Below, piece by piece: positions 9,526 to 19,643 of a stretch of DNA of 64,000 nt (its first letter is position 1; the number at the start of each line of letters is the position of its first letter). Source of the DNA: an uncultured Gemmatimonadales bacterium (GTDB taxonomy: Bacteria > Gemmatimonadota > Gemmatimonadetes > Longimicrobiales > RSA9); the NCBI GenBank assembly GCA_963708135.1, contig OY970192.1:4480001-4544000 (forward strand). Direction: 5' to 3'. The notes beneath the pieces are model-generated. The model was not told where the DNA came from. It did not search any database and saw only the letters and a program-made list of their open reading frames with translations. Both the position numbers and the translations under genes were made by a program.

Positions 9526-11160
9526 ATGTCATCCACACATGATGTCGTCCTGGTCGTGGCCTGCGTCGCGGCCATGGCGTCCGTGCGGGGAACCGCCAGT
9601 GCGCAGACCGCCAGGCCCGGCGCGGACTCCACCTCCTACGCCGTCGAGCACGCCACGATCATCGACGGCACGGGCTCGGCGCCGGAACCCGATCGCACGA
9701 TCCTGGTGCGGGAGGGACGCATTGTCGCCGTCTTCCCCACAGGCTCGCGTACGCTGCTGCAGGGCACGCGCACCGAGAACCTCACCGGGCCCTGGGTCAT
9801 CCCCGGCCTCATCGACGCGCACGTGCACCTCACGGGCGGTCCGTCGGACATGGAGCATTTTCGCAAGCTGCTCGGCTGGGCGCTGCGCGGCGGCGTGACC
9901 ACCGTACGTGACATGGCAGGCGACGATCGGGTGCTCGCGTACCTGGCGCGGGAAGCGTCGCTTGGCGAGATCGCCTCTCCGGACATCTACTACGCGGCCC
10001 TGATGGCCGGCCCGACCTTCTTCGCCGAGGACCCGCGCGTGGCCGGCGCCGCCGCCGGGCAGGTGCCGGGGCGCACGCCCTACATGCGCGAGATCACGGG
10101 CGCGACGGACATCCGGCTGGCCGTGGCCGCGGCCCGCGGAACCGGCGCCACGGCGCTCAAGCTCTACGCCAATCTGCCTGCCGACCTGGTCCGCGAGCTC
10201 ACCACCGAGGCGCACCGGCAGGGGATGATGGTGTGGACCCACGCGACCATCTTCCCGGCCGGGCCGATGGATGCCGTTCGGGCCGGCGCCGACGCGATCT
10301 CGCACAGTGCGTACATGGCCTGGGCGGCCGCCGACCGCATCCCGCAGGACTACGGCATCCGCGCCCGCGCGGACTACGCCCACACCGCCTTCGACGACCC
10401 GAGGATCCTGGCCGTCTTCGACAGCATGAAGGCGCGGGGAACGATCCTGGACGCCACCCAGTTCGAGGGCGGCAACACCTGGGGCGACCCCACCTACATG
10501 CAGATGCGCGACGAGGCCGAGGAGGCTATGTTCGACTACGGCGCGTCCGGCCCGGCGCTGCCCGGCGCCAACTTCGGCGCGGTGCAGCAGCGCGTGAAGA
10601 CTTTGGGTGAGCGCACCAGTACGGATTTCGAAGGCACGATCCGTCCCAAGTACGCCGCGCTCAACTACGCCGCCCTCACCTACGGCTCCGCCGCGCAGTG
10701 GGGCAAGTCTTACGTGATCCTGAAGGAGTACGTGAAGCAGGGCGCGACGTACGTGCACACGGATTCCTTCGATTGTGCCGGCTCCGCCCGGCAGCGCGCC
10801 ACGCTGCGCGGCCAGGTCGCGAACTATTTCAACATGCAGCGCCTCATCGTGAACATGCCGCTGTCCATGCTCACCGCGCTGGACCAGGCCTCGCGGGGGC
10901 ACGGCTTCGGCCCGGCCACGCAGCCGCCGGGCGTTGGCACCACCGCCTACATCGAGGCGCACTGCCATTCGGACCTGCGCTTCGACCGCGATCTGGCCGC
11001 ACTCGTGATCAACCGGGACGAGGTGGACGATTGCGAGGCCCAGACCCGAAAGCTGCACGGCGGCGACGCCAAGCGCTGGAAGGTCGTCAAGCCCAAGGGG
11101 CTGAAAAAGCGGTTCGAGAAGTTCGCGGACACATACGGGATCGAGATCCGCTACACCTGA
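9526..11160 (+). CDS. Chimeric ORF: secreted amidohydrolase N-part fused to a DUF3626-like C-part
   Basis: PGLIDAHVH, GVTTVRD, WTHA, ISH up to MKARGTILDAT (about 10458), then an unrelated domain: QFEGG...RPKYAALN...WGKSY...YIEAHCHSDL. Confidence 0.7.
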   Translation: MSSTHDVVLVVACVAAMASVRGTASAQTARPGADSTSYAVEHATIIDGTGSAPEPDRTILVREGRIVAVFPTGSRTLLQGTRTENLTGPWVIPGLIDAHVHLTGGPSDMEHFRKLLGWALRGGVTTVRDMAGDDRVLAYLAREASLGEIASPDIYYAALMAGPTFFAEDPRVAGAAAGQVPGRTPYMREITGATDIRLAVAAARGTGATALKLYANLPADLVRELTTEAHRQGMMVWTHATIFPAGPMDAVRAGADAISHSAYMAWAAADRIPQDYGIRARADYAHTAFDDPRILAVFDSMKARGTILDATQFEGGNTWGDPTYMQMRDEAEEAMFDYGASGPALPGANFGAVQQRVKTLGERTSTDFEGTIRPKYAALNYAALTYGSAAQWGKSYVILKEYVKQGATYVHTDSFDCAGSARQRATLRGQVANYFNMQRLIVNMPLSMLTALDQASRGHGFGPATQPPGVGTTAYIEAHCHSDLRFDRDLAALVINRDEVDDCEAQTRKLHGGDAKRWKVVKPKGLKKRFEKFADTYGIEIRYT

Positions 11161-11172
11161 GGAGGTCCGCCC

Positions 11173-12546
11173 ATGACGCCCGGCTCGCTCTCCTCCGCCG
11201 GCCCGGACGTGCGCGACGCTGCGCTGGCTCGCGCCACACTCCGCCACGTGGGCTGGCGCCTCCTGCCGTTCGTCTTCGCGCTCTACCTCGTCAATTTTCT
11301 CGATCGCACCAACGTCGCCATCGCCGCGCTCCAGATGAACCATGACCTGGGGTTCAGCGCGACCGCATACGGCTTCGGAGTGGGCATCTTCTTCATCGGC
11401 TACACGCTCTTCCAGGTGCCGGCCAACCTGGTGCTGGCCCGGATCGGCGCGCGCCGCTGGATCGCCGCGATCATGGTCGCATGGGGTGTCGTCGCCTCGG
11501 CCATGATGCTGGTGCGCACACCGGCGCAGTTCTACACAATGCGTTTCGTCCTGGGTGCCGCGGAGGCCGGCTTCTTCCCCGGCATCGTCTTCTATCTCGG
11601 CCAGTGGTTCCCGAGGCCGCAACGCGGCCGGGCGATGTCGGCATTCATGCTCGGGATCCCGGTCTCCGGGGTCGTGGGCGGGCCGCTCAGCGGCGCGCTG
11701 CTGGGGCTCGACGGGCACCTGGGCATGCACGGCTGGGAGTGGCTCTTCCTGCTGGAGGGGGTCCCAGCAGTCTTTCTCGGTCTCGCCGCAATGTTCCGGC
11801 TGACCGACCGGCCCGATCAGGCGCGCTGGCTCGCCGACGAGGAGCGCGCATGGCTAATCGCGACCCTCCGGCGCGAGCACGACGCGCACCCTGCAGAGGC
11901 CGACGTCTCGCCAGTCCGCGCTCTGCTCAACCCCCTCGTCTGGCTGCTTGCGCTGCCCTATTTCCTGATCGTCACGACGGCGTATGCCTACACGTTCTGG
12001 ACACCGACCTTCATCCGCGACACGCTGCACGCGACCGATCTGACCACCGGCCTCGTGGTCGGCGGCCTCATGGGAATCGCCGCCGTGGCAATGGTCGCCA
12101 TGGCGGCGGCCTCGGATCGCAGCGGTGAGCGGGCGCTGTTCGTCGCCGCGAACGCCGGCCTGTGCACCGTCGGCTTCGTCGGTGCCGCGCTCCTCGCGAG
12201 TCCCCTCGCCCGCGTCGGCGCCCTCGCATTCGTTGCCGTCGGCGGGACCGCCTTCCTGGCGCCCTTCTGGTGCATGCCGAGCCGGTTCCTGCGCGGCGGT
12301 GCCGCCGCCGCGGGCATCGCGGTGATCAACTCCGTGGGCAACATCGGGGGCTTCGCCGGCCCGTACCTCGTCGGCTTCCTCCAGGACGCGACCGGTAGCA
12401 CGCCCGAGGCCTTCCTCGCGGTCGCCGCCATCGCGTTCGTCGCGGCGTTGATGCTCGTCCCGTTGAGCCGTCACGCCGCCGTACGCCGTGCTCCGAGCGG
12501 GCAGGCAGGTTCTGCCCTTTCGCTATCAGGACGGGCCGAGGGGTGA
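11173..12546 (+). CDS. MFS transporter, anion:cation symporter (ACS) family
   Basis: FLDRTN, RFVLGAAEAGFFPG, WLFLLEG, INSVGNIGGFAGP; RBS GGAGG. Confidence 0.9.
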   Translation: MTPGSLSSAGPDVRDAALARATLRHVGWRLLPFVFALYLVNFLDRTNVAIAALQMNHDLGFSATAYGFGVGIFFIGYTLFQVPANLVLARIGARRWIAAIMVAWGVVASAMMLVRTPAQFYTMRFVLGAAEAGFFPGIVFYLGQWFPRPQRGRAMSAFMLGIPVSGVVGGPLSGALLGLDGHLGMHGWEWLFLLEGVPAVFLGLAAMFRLTDRPDQARWLADEERAWLIATLRREHDAHPAEADVSPVRALLNPLVWLLALPYFLIVTTAYAYTFWTPTFIRDTLHATDLTTGLVVGGLMGIAAVAMVAMAAASDRSGERALFVAANAGLCTVGFVGAALLASPLARVGALAFVAVGGTAFLAPFWCMPSRFLRGGAAAAGIAVINSVGNIGGFAGPYLVGFLQDATGSTPEAFLAVAAIAFVAALMLVPLSRHAAVRRAPSGQAGSALSLSGRAEG

Positions 12547-12581
12547 TGGCCCGCTCTGCGACGCCTCAACCAGAGCAGCCG

Positions 12582-14360
12582 TCAGTACCCGACCGACTTG
12601 CCCCCGCCCCGCGGGTCGGAGGCTCCATAGAGCGTCCCATCGGCGCCCAGGAAGATGGACTCGACGTCGCCCCACGTGGCGCGGGGCCGCGAGACGAGCT
12701 TGTGGCCCCGCCGCTCGAGGTCGGCAATCACGGCGGAGTCCAGCCCATCGTGCTCGAACGAGATGAAGTCGGGGAGGTTCTGGTGGTGGAAGCGGGGCGC
12801 ATTCACGGCCGCCTGCGGTGGCACGCCGAAGTCGATCTGGTCGGTGATCACCTGGAGCACCGAGGTGATGATGGTGGAGCCTCCGGGCGTGCCGGTCACG
12901 AGCTCGAGGCGCCCGTTTCCGTCCAGCACAATGGTCGGCGTCATGGACGAGAGCATGCGTTTGCCGGGAGCGATCGCGTTCGCCTCGCCCTGCACCAGGC
13001 CGTACGCGTTGGGCGTCCCGGGCTGGGCCGCGAAGTCATCCATCTCGTCGTTGAGAAGGAAGCCGGCGCCCGGCACGGTGACCGCCGAGCCGAAACCGCC
13101 GTTGAGCGTGGTGGTGATGGCGACGGCGTCGCCTGCCGAGTTGACGACCGAGAAGTGGGTGGTCTGGCTGGACTCGACGACAACCTTGTTGAACTGGCTC
13201 GAGGGTGAGGCGCGCTCCATGTCGATGGATGCCCGCAGCGAGTCGGCATGCGGCTTCGAGATGAGCCTCTGGATCGGCATCTTCACGAAGTCGGGGTCGC
13301 CCAGGTAGTAGTTCCGGTCGCCGTACGCCCGGCGCATGGCCTCGACCATGACGTGGATCGCATCGGCCGAGTGCCAGCCCATCTTCGCCAGGTCGAAGCC
13401 CTGCAGGATGTTTAGCATCTCGGCCAGCGTCACCCCGCCCGATGAGGGGGGCGGCATCGATATGATGGTGCGGCCCCGGTAGTGAGCGACGATGGGCTCG
13501 CGCCACACGGCCCTGTACTGGTCGAGGTCCGCCTGCGTGATGATGCCTCCATCCCGCCGCTGCTCGGCGACCAGCGAGTCGGCGACCCACCCCTGGTAGA
13601 AGGCCGGTGCGCCGTGGTCCGCGATGACCTGCAACGTGCGCGCCAGGTCGGGCTGCCGGAATGTCGAGCCTACTGCAGGCGGCTGAGCGTCGGGCAGATA
13701 CGCGGCCGCGCTGGCCGCGAAGAGCTCGAGGCGCTGCTGCGCGTGTTGGATGGCGTCATGAAACGGTTGGCGCACGACGATGCCATCCCGGGCCATACGG
13801 ATGGCCGGATCCAGCACCCGCGCCCAGGGCAGCGATCCGTAGCGCTTGTGAAGCGCCTCCATTCCTGCCACGGAGCCCGGCACGCCGGCTGCCAGGGGAC
13901 CCGTCCAGGTCCTGTCCGTGACGTGCCCGGCGGAGTCCAGATACATGTCGTGCGTTGCGGCCAGCGGTGCCCTCTCCCGGAAGTCCAGCGCGCCCTCCGC
14001 GCCGTTGGCCAACCGTACGATGGCGAACCCGCCGCCGCCAATGTTCCCGGCGGCCGGGTGCACGACCTCGAGCGCGAACTGGACGGCGACGGCCGCGTCC
14101 ACGGCATTGCCACCCGCCTTCAGGATCTCGACGCCCGCAGCGCTGGCGAGGCTGTCGGACGAAGCCACCATGCCGTGTTGCGCCTTGACTGCCGGGGCGT
14201 CGGCCGGGTAAGGCCAGCCGGCAGGGAAGGAATATGCGGCTGGACCGGCCCAGGCGGTCCGCCCGGATCCGGTGACGCCCCGGCAGCCCACTGCCAGGCA
14301 GAGCCCCAGGATCAGAGACACCGTCCGCCGCGCGGGATCGACTCGCACCCGTGATTCCAT
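12582..14360 (-). CDS. ggt: Gamma-glutamyltransferase
   Basis: GGNAVDAAVA, GNIGGGGF, DFRERAP, catalytic TTHFSV, LNDEMDDF, PGKRMLSSMTP, GASDPR. Confidence 0.95.
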   Translation of the reverse strand: MESRVRVDPARRTVSLILGLCLAVGCRGVTGSGRTAWAGPAAYSFPAGWPYPADAPAVKAQHGMVASSDSLASAAGVEILKAGGNAVDAAVAVQFALEVVHPAAGNIGGGGFAIVRLANGAEGALDFRERAPLAATHDMYLDSAGHVTDRTWTGPLAAGVPGSVAGMEALHKRYGSLPWARVLDPAIRMARDGIVVRQPFHDAIQHAQQRLELFAASAAAYLPDAQPPAVGSTFRQPDLARTLQVIADHGAPAFYQGWVADSLVAEQRRDGGIITQADLDQYRAVWREPIVAHYRGRTIISMPPPSSGGVTLAEMLNILQGFDLAKMGWHSADAIHVMVEAMRRAYGDRNYYLGDPDFVKMPIQRLISKPHADSLRASIDMERASPSSQFNKVVVESSQTTHFSVVNSAGDAVAITTTLNGGFGSAVTVPGAGFLLNDEMDDFAAQPGTPNAYGLVQGEANAIAPGKRMLSSMTPTIVLDGNGRLELVTGTPGGSTIITSVLQVITDQIDFGVPPQAAVNAPRFHHQNLPDFISFEHDGLDSAVIADLERRGHKLVSRPRATWGDVESIFLGADGTLYGASDPRGGGKSVGY

Positions 14361-14373
14361 TGGCTCCTCGCTC

Positions 14374-15771
14374 CTACGCCGCCGCGTGATCGAGTTCCGC
14401 CCCCGTCCCCAGCACGCGCTCCGCGGCCAGCGCTGCGGCCAGGACCACCTCATCCGCTCCCGCGGCGCCCACGAGCTGAAGCCCGACGGGCATGCCCGCC
14501 CGGTCGAGGCCGACCGGGAGGGTCACCGCGCAGAGCCCCAGCACGCTCACGCCACACGTCGGGCGCAGCGCCGCCGCGTTCGTCGCACGGTAGCGCTCCA
14601 TGTCCTCCATTTCGGCGACCGGCGGGGGTGTGATGATCGCGGTGGGAAGCGCGAGCACGTCCACGTCGCGGAAGAGCGCCTCGGCCGCGCCGGCCAGCTC
14701 GTCGCGCCGGGCGAGCGCCGCCCGGTAGCCGGCGCCGCGATGGATGGCCGCGGCGGCGATCCGGCCGCCGACGATCGGATGCAGCCGCTCGATCCTCCCG
14801 GGAAGCTCGGCCTCCAGGAAGTCCAGGCACTCCACCCCGCCGATCGCGCCGGTCATGTAGAGGTCGACCGCCTGATCGAAGAGCGCGCCGTCCTGCTCCG
14901 AGCGGCGCCAGCCGGCGCGGGCGAGCTCCGCGAGCGCGTCCTCCAAAACGCTGGCGATGTCGGTCTGGCAGTCGCTCCAGATGCCGCAGCGCGGGAGCGC
15001 GATACGCAGCCCAACAGCTTCGCGCGCCGCGAGCTGCCGTAGCAGCGCTTCCGGATCCCCCCAGGAGGGATCGACCGCGCCGAAGAACCAGGCGCTGTCC
15101 TCGACCGTGCGCGTGAGCGCCCCGACCGTATCCAGCGTCCGGCTGAGCGGCACCACGCCGTCGGTGGGGAGCCGCCCCTCGGTGGTCTTGTGTCCGACGA
15201 CACCGGTCATCGAAGCCGGGATGCGGATGGACCCGCCCGTGTCGGTGCCGAGCGCGACCATCGCGGAGCCCTCGTGCAGGCTCACCCCCGCGCCCGCCGA
15301 GGATCCGCCGGGGATGCGCTGCACCCGACGATCCCACGGGTTGCGCGGGGTCTCCCAGTTGGGGTTCACGCCGACCGCGCCGTAGGCCAGCTCCACCGTG
15401 TGGGTCTTGCCCACGATCACGGCGCCCTGCGCGCGCAGGCGTGCCACCAGCCAGGCGTCCCGCGACCACGCCTCCGGGAGCGCACGCACTGTACCCGCGA
15501 ACGTGGGCAGGCCCTCGACACCGTAGAGATCCTTCACCGAGACGGGTATGCCGCAGAGCGGCGAGCCAGGAGCCCCGCCCGCGAGCATGGCATCGGCGCG
15601 GGCGGCCAGGCGACGGGCGCCCTCCGCGTCGAAGAGCTTGTAGGCATGGTGGGCGGCATCGCCTCGCTCGTGACGGGCGATCGCTTCCTCGACGAGGTCC
15701 GCCGCGCGGATCTCGCGTCGGCGGAGGGCAGCCGCGACCCGAGGGAGCCCATCGTCGATCCCCGCGCTCAT
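14374..15771 (-). CDS. Amidase signature family protein
   Basis: GIPVSVKDL, PGGSSAG, GTDTGGSIRIPAS, GMPVGLQLVG. Start set at MSAG because the 10 codons upstream are thiC-derived. Confidence 0.9.
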   Translation of the reverse strand: MSAGIDDGLPRVAAALRRREIRAADLVEEAIARHERGDAAHHAYKLFDAEGARRLAARADAMLAGGAPGSPLCGIPVSVKDLYGVEGLPTFAGTVRALPEAWSRDAWLVARLRAQGAVIVGKTHTVELAYGAVGVNPNWETPRNPWDRRVQRIPGGSSAGAGVSLHEGSAMVALGTDTGGSIRIPASMTGVVGHKTTEGRLPTDGVVPLSRTLDTVGALTRTVEDSAWFFGAVDPSWGDPEALLRQLAAREAVGLRIALPRCGIWSDCQTDIASVLEDALAELARAGWRRSEQDGALFDQAVDLYMTGAIGGVECLDFLEAELPGRIERLHPIVGGRIAAAAIHRGAGYRAALARRDELAGAAEALFRDVDVLALPTAIITPPPVAEMEDMERYRATNAAALRPTCGVSVLGLCAVTLPVGLDRAGMPVGLQLVGAAGADEVVLAAALAAERVLGTGAELDHAAA

Positions 15772-15819
15772 CGGCCCGCACATGGAGCAAAAGTGCGCCA
15801 CTTCGCCCCCTCGGCGGGC
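15771..15819 (-). pseudogene. thiC: 49-bp diverged relic of thiC ([16 protein letters not shown])
   Basis: CCCGCCGAGGGGGCGAAG-TGGCGCACTTTTGCTCCATGTGCGGGCCGA aligns to thiC about 20465-20514 (CCCGCCGAGGGGGCGAAGGTCGCGCACTTCTGTAGCATGTGCGGGCCGA) with a 1-nt deletion and only synonymous substitutions. Confidence 0.85.
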
Positions 15820-15880
15820 GCCGCGTCCGACGATCCGGCGGCGAAGCCCGGCCGCGGTGCGGCGCTGGAAGAGCCCGTAG

Positions 15881-18613
15881 TCATCGCGTCACTGCAGTTT
15901 GGGCCGCAGTGCGCGCCTTCAGCTCCAGCTTCCAGTCGTACACCATGATGACCTGCGCGTCCGTCTCCGCGGCGGTGAGGAACACGAACGACTTGCCGTC
16001 CGGCATCACGTCGTAGTTGGCGTGGTAGAAGGTGAACTGGCCTTCGCCGGCGAGCATCTCGGAGACGTTTTCCATCAGCGTGTCCCGCCTGACGATGGTG
16101 AACGGATCGAAGGCCAGCGTCGCGGCGAGCAGGCGGCCGCCGCTGTTGTAGAAGAGGCGGTGGCCGTCCGGAGACCAGACCGGCTGCGAGCCGCCGCTGA
16201 GCGAGACCTGATAGCGGGTGTCGAGCGCCGGAAACGGCTTGACGTAGACGTCCCAGTTCCCCGCCTCGCTGGAGCCGTAGGCAACCCAGTGCCCGTCCGG
16301 CGAGGGGCGGGCCTGGGCCGCCTGTCCGAGACCCGTTCTCGCGATCACGTGGAGCGCCGTGTCCCCGTGCATGCGTCGGTAGGAGATCTTGCCACCGCTG
16401 CCCGCGGAGTCGAGCTGCACGACCAGGTACTCGCCATCCGACGTCAGCACGGCCTCGTCCACCGCCCGGGGCGGAGCCGCGTACAGCAGCTCCGGCGCGC
16501 CACTTCCGTCGGCGGGCTTGATCCAGATGGCGTTCGTGCCGCTCCGATTCGAGCGGAACAGCACCTGACGGCTGTCCGGGGTCCACTCGGGCCGGTCATT
16601 GAGCACTCCCTCGAACGTCAGCCGTCGCAGCGGACCCGACGGTAGATCGTAGATCCACACGTCCGACCGTTCCGCGACGAGCGCGAAGGCGATGTGCCTG
16701 CCGTCCGGCGACACGCGCGGAAAGGCGTACGGGCCTTCGTCGGGCAGGAGCAACTTCGGCAGGGCGCCGGGCGTGCCGGACATCAGGTGCGTCGCCGTGG
16801 CCGAGCCGCTGACGTACACCACCGAGCCGCTGGGAGACACGCTGCCCATCATGCTGCCCCCGGGCCCCACAGTGACATCGTCGATGACCGGGACCGGCGT
16901 TCCGGTCGTCCGTCGCGACCGCAGGTCGAACGGCACGGCCATGATGACGCCCGACGCGGTGGCGTAGACGAGCTGGCCGTCGAGCACCGCGAGCGGCTGC
17001 GTGCCGGCAACGTCGAGTACCGTCGGGGTCCCCTCCGGCAGCGAGACGACCGCGATGCGGGCGCTGGAAACCATGGTGTTGTACCAGCGCGAGTACAGCA
17101 CGGTCTTCCCGTCAGGAAGCACCAGCGGCCATCGCTCCACGACCTGGGCACCTGTGTCGGACGGCGTGAGCAGGCGCGGAGCGGCGCCGCCCGGCGTGAT
17201 CACTCGCAGACGCGTTCCCCCGAACACGATCCGATCGCCGGTTCCCCAGCTCGCGCCCTCCATGTGCTGAGCATCGGTGAGCACCATGGGCGTGCCGCCA
17301 TCGACCTGGATCTTCTCGATCTGCCCGCCGGAGCTGAACCCGATCCACCGGCCATCGGGCGACCAGAACGGCTGTTCCGCGTTCTCCGTCCCGGGCAGCG
17401 CGCGGGCCGCGAGGTCGCTGAGCGGACGCACGTAGAGCCGCGCCACTCCAGCGGCGTCTCGCCCGCGGAACACGAGACGTGCTCCATCGGGCGAGAGGGC
17501 CGCCGGGCTGCCGAATCCGTTGACCCAGGTCACGTGGTTGTCGAAGCTCAGTCGGAATCGGACCGGCGTCCGCGGCTCGTCCGTGCCGGCGGCCGTGCCT
17601 CGCGGCCATTCGTGCAGCGCGCCCCCGAGGAGGACGACGGCCAGCGCGGCGGCGAGCAAGCGGGTGACGGGCAGACGAAACGCGTCGCGCCACGCGCGGG
17701 CGGTCCACGCACTGGGCGAGGGGTGAGCCGACGACCACGCGCTCGCCGACGACGGCGCCAGCACGCGTCCGGCCAGCACGTCGGCGAACTCGCGCGCCGT
17801 GGCGAAGCGGTCCGCCGGAAGCTTCTCGAGCGCGGTGTGCGCCGCGGCCGCCACGTGCGGCGGCACGCTCCGTCGCCTGGCAATGAGCGACGGCGCCTCG
17901 GCCGTGATGACCTGGGCAACGATGGCCTGCGCGTTGGGCCCGGCGAACGGCGGCTCACCGGCCAGCATCTCGTACGTGACCGCGCCCAGCGCGTAGATGT
18001 CCGCGCGCGCGTCGATGGTGCGCTCGCCCATTGCCTGCTCCGGCGCCATGTACTGCGGCGTGCCCAGCGAGAGCCCCGTCTGCGTCATGCGCTGGCCCCC
18101 CGCCTGCTCGACCGCCAGCGCAATGCCGAAGTCGGCCACCAGCGCGTGCCCGTTCTGCAGCAGGATGTTCTCCGGCTTGATGTCGCGATGCACGACGCCG
18201 CGCTCGTGCGCGTAGTGCAGCGCGTCGGCCACCTCGCTGGCGATGCGGACCGCATCATCGACCGGCAGCTGGCGCTCGCGCTCCAGTCGCGCCCGCAGCG
18301 TCTCCCCTTCCACGCAGGGCATCACGTAGTAGAGCAGCCCGTCCGCGGAGCCCGAGTCGAAGAGCGGCAGGATGTGCGGGTGCTGGAGATTCGCCGTGGT
18401 CTTGATCTCCGCCAGGAAGCGCTCGGGGCCCAGCACCGCGGAGAGCTCGGGGTGCAGCACCTTGATCGCGACCTCGCGCTCGTGCCGGAGGTCATGCGCC
18501 AGCCACACCGTGGCCATGCCGCCCTGCCCCAGCTCGCGCTCGAGGCGGTAGCGCTCGGCCAGGGCGCTGGCGAGCCTGGTCAGATGGGCGTCGCTGAATG
18601 AGGGGGTCGTCAT
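15881..18613 (-). CDS. Ser/Thr protein kinase with C-terminal PD40/TolB-like beta-propeller repeats
   Basis: LGQGGMATV, VAIKVL, HRDIKPEN, ADFGIA, GTPQYMAPE; a TM segment; repeated (W/V)SPDG motifs. Confidence 0.95.
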   Translation of the reverse strand: MTTPSFSDAHLTRLASALAERYRLERELGQGGMATVWLAHDLRHEREVAIKVLHPELSAVLGPERFLAEIKTTANLQHPHILPLFDSGSADGLLYYVMPCVEGETLRARLERERQLPVDDAVRIASEVADALHYAHERGVVHRDIKPENILLQNGHALVADFGIALAVEQAGGQRMTQTGLSLGTPQYMAPEQAMGERTIDARADIYALGAVTYEMLAGEPPFAGPNAQAIVAQVITAEAPSLIARRRSVPPHVAAAAHTALEKLPADRFATAREFADVLAGRVLAPSSASAWSSAHPSPSAWTARAWRDAFRLPVTRLLAAALAVVLLGGALHEWPRGTAAGTDEPRTPVRFRLSFDNHVTWVNGFGSPAALSPDGARLVFRGRDAAGVARLYVRPLSDLAARALPGTENAEQPFWSPDGRWIGFSSGGQIEKIQVDGGTPMVLTDAQHMEGASWGTGDRIVFGGTRLRVITPGGAAPRLLTPSDTGAQVVERWPLVLPDGKTVLYSRWYNTMVSSARIAVVSLPEGTPTVLDVAGTQPLAVLDGQLVYATASGVIMAVPFDLRSRRTTGTPVPVIDDVTVGPGGSMMGSVSPSGSVVYVSGSATATHLMSGTPGALPKLLLPDEGPYAFPRVSPDGRHIAFALVAERSDVWIYDLPSGPLRRLTFEGVLNDRPEWTPDSRQVLFRSNRSGTNAIWIKPADGSGAPELLYAAPPRAVDEAVLTSDGEYLVVQLDSAGSGGKISYRRMHGDTALHVIARTGLGQAAQARPSPDGHWVAYGSSEAGNWDVYVKPFPALDTRYQVSLSGGSQPVWSPDGHRLFYNSGGRLLAATLAFDPFTIVRRDTLMENVSEMLAGEGQFTFYHANYDVMPDGKSFVFLTAAETDAQVIMVYDWKLELKARTAAQTAVTR

Positions 18614-18854
18614 GGGCCTCGCACCAGCGCCGTCCAGCGCTGGTCGGCAGATGGGAAGTGGGGCGGGTTGCGCCTGGCCGCGTGATGCAGCAACGACGCG
18701 GGGCCCCTGACCACCGTGGAATATATGGCTGGCGGGCCGAGCGCGCCTCGGTCGAGCGGACCGGATGCGCGTTCGGGGCGGAGGCCGCTAAGAAGGTCGC
18801 GATTCGCGGCCCCGCAGGATGCGGCGGCGAGATGGCTACCGCGAGTGTTGACGC

Positions 18855-19643
18855 TCAGACCCCGCAGACACGGGTCTCCATGTCGTGCCAGTCACGAGCG
18901 GTCGCCTCGTTCGGGAGCCAGGTCGCCGACAGCCGGTCGCCCGCGTAGGACGCGTACGCCGCGACTTCATACGATGACCGGTCACCGAGCCAGCCCGCGC
19001 TCTCCGCGATCGGCGGCAGCACCGCCTGCTGCCCCGATGCAACGCTGTGCGGCAGCCTGAGCGCGAGCACCGCGTCCCACCAGTCGTAGAGCCGGCCCAC
19101 GTCCTCAACCCTGAGCGGATCGTGCGCCTGGCAGCGGTCGATCGCCAGCGCCCACACGGCTCCCTGTGCGCGGTTCTGCTCGAATGCGTTCGTGAGATTG
19201 GTCCGCCTGCTCTCCGTGTCCAGCTCGCCGATGAAGGCGTAGGCCGGCACCGAGCGGGCACCGCCCGCGTCCACAGGGCTCTCGCAGCCGCCCTTCAGCA
19301 GCACCATGGCGGCAACACGGTCGCTGTGCAGGCGCGTGAGCCCGTATGCCACGCAGTTGCCGTTCGAGAACCCCTCGAGCAGCAGCGGAGCCGTGGCCAG
19401 CTCCGCCCGACCGCTCTGCGTGGCGAGCTGCGGCAGCGCCGCGAGGATCCTGTCGTACGTCCGCACGTCCTCCGGCTGCGGAGCGTTGCCCAGCTCCGCC
19501 GCGCCGAGCAGCGCCAGCCCGTACTTCTGCGCCAGCGCGAGCGCCCTCGGCCGGTCCGCCCGGATGATCGTGTTGACGAAGGCATTCCCGGTAGTGGTGT
19601 CGCCCCGCACGATCGGGCGTGTGTCCCCCTGGGCGCCGGGCAG
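18855..19643 (-). pseudogene. Alpha/beta hydrolase lacking its 5' end
   Basis: Nucleophile elbow LLLEGFSNG, IGELD, AHD; frame extends upstream to LPGAQGDTRP (about 19643), where it abuts an unrelated plus-strand remnant. Confidence 0.6.

Noticed and set aside
15772..15801. Amidase start at GTG 15801 giving [10 protein letters not shown]...
   Set aside because: These codons are the thiC relic; amidase-like sequence begins at MSAG (15771).
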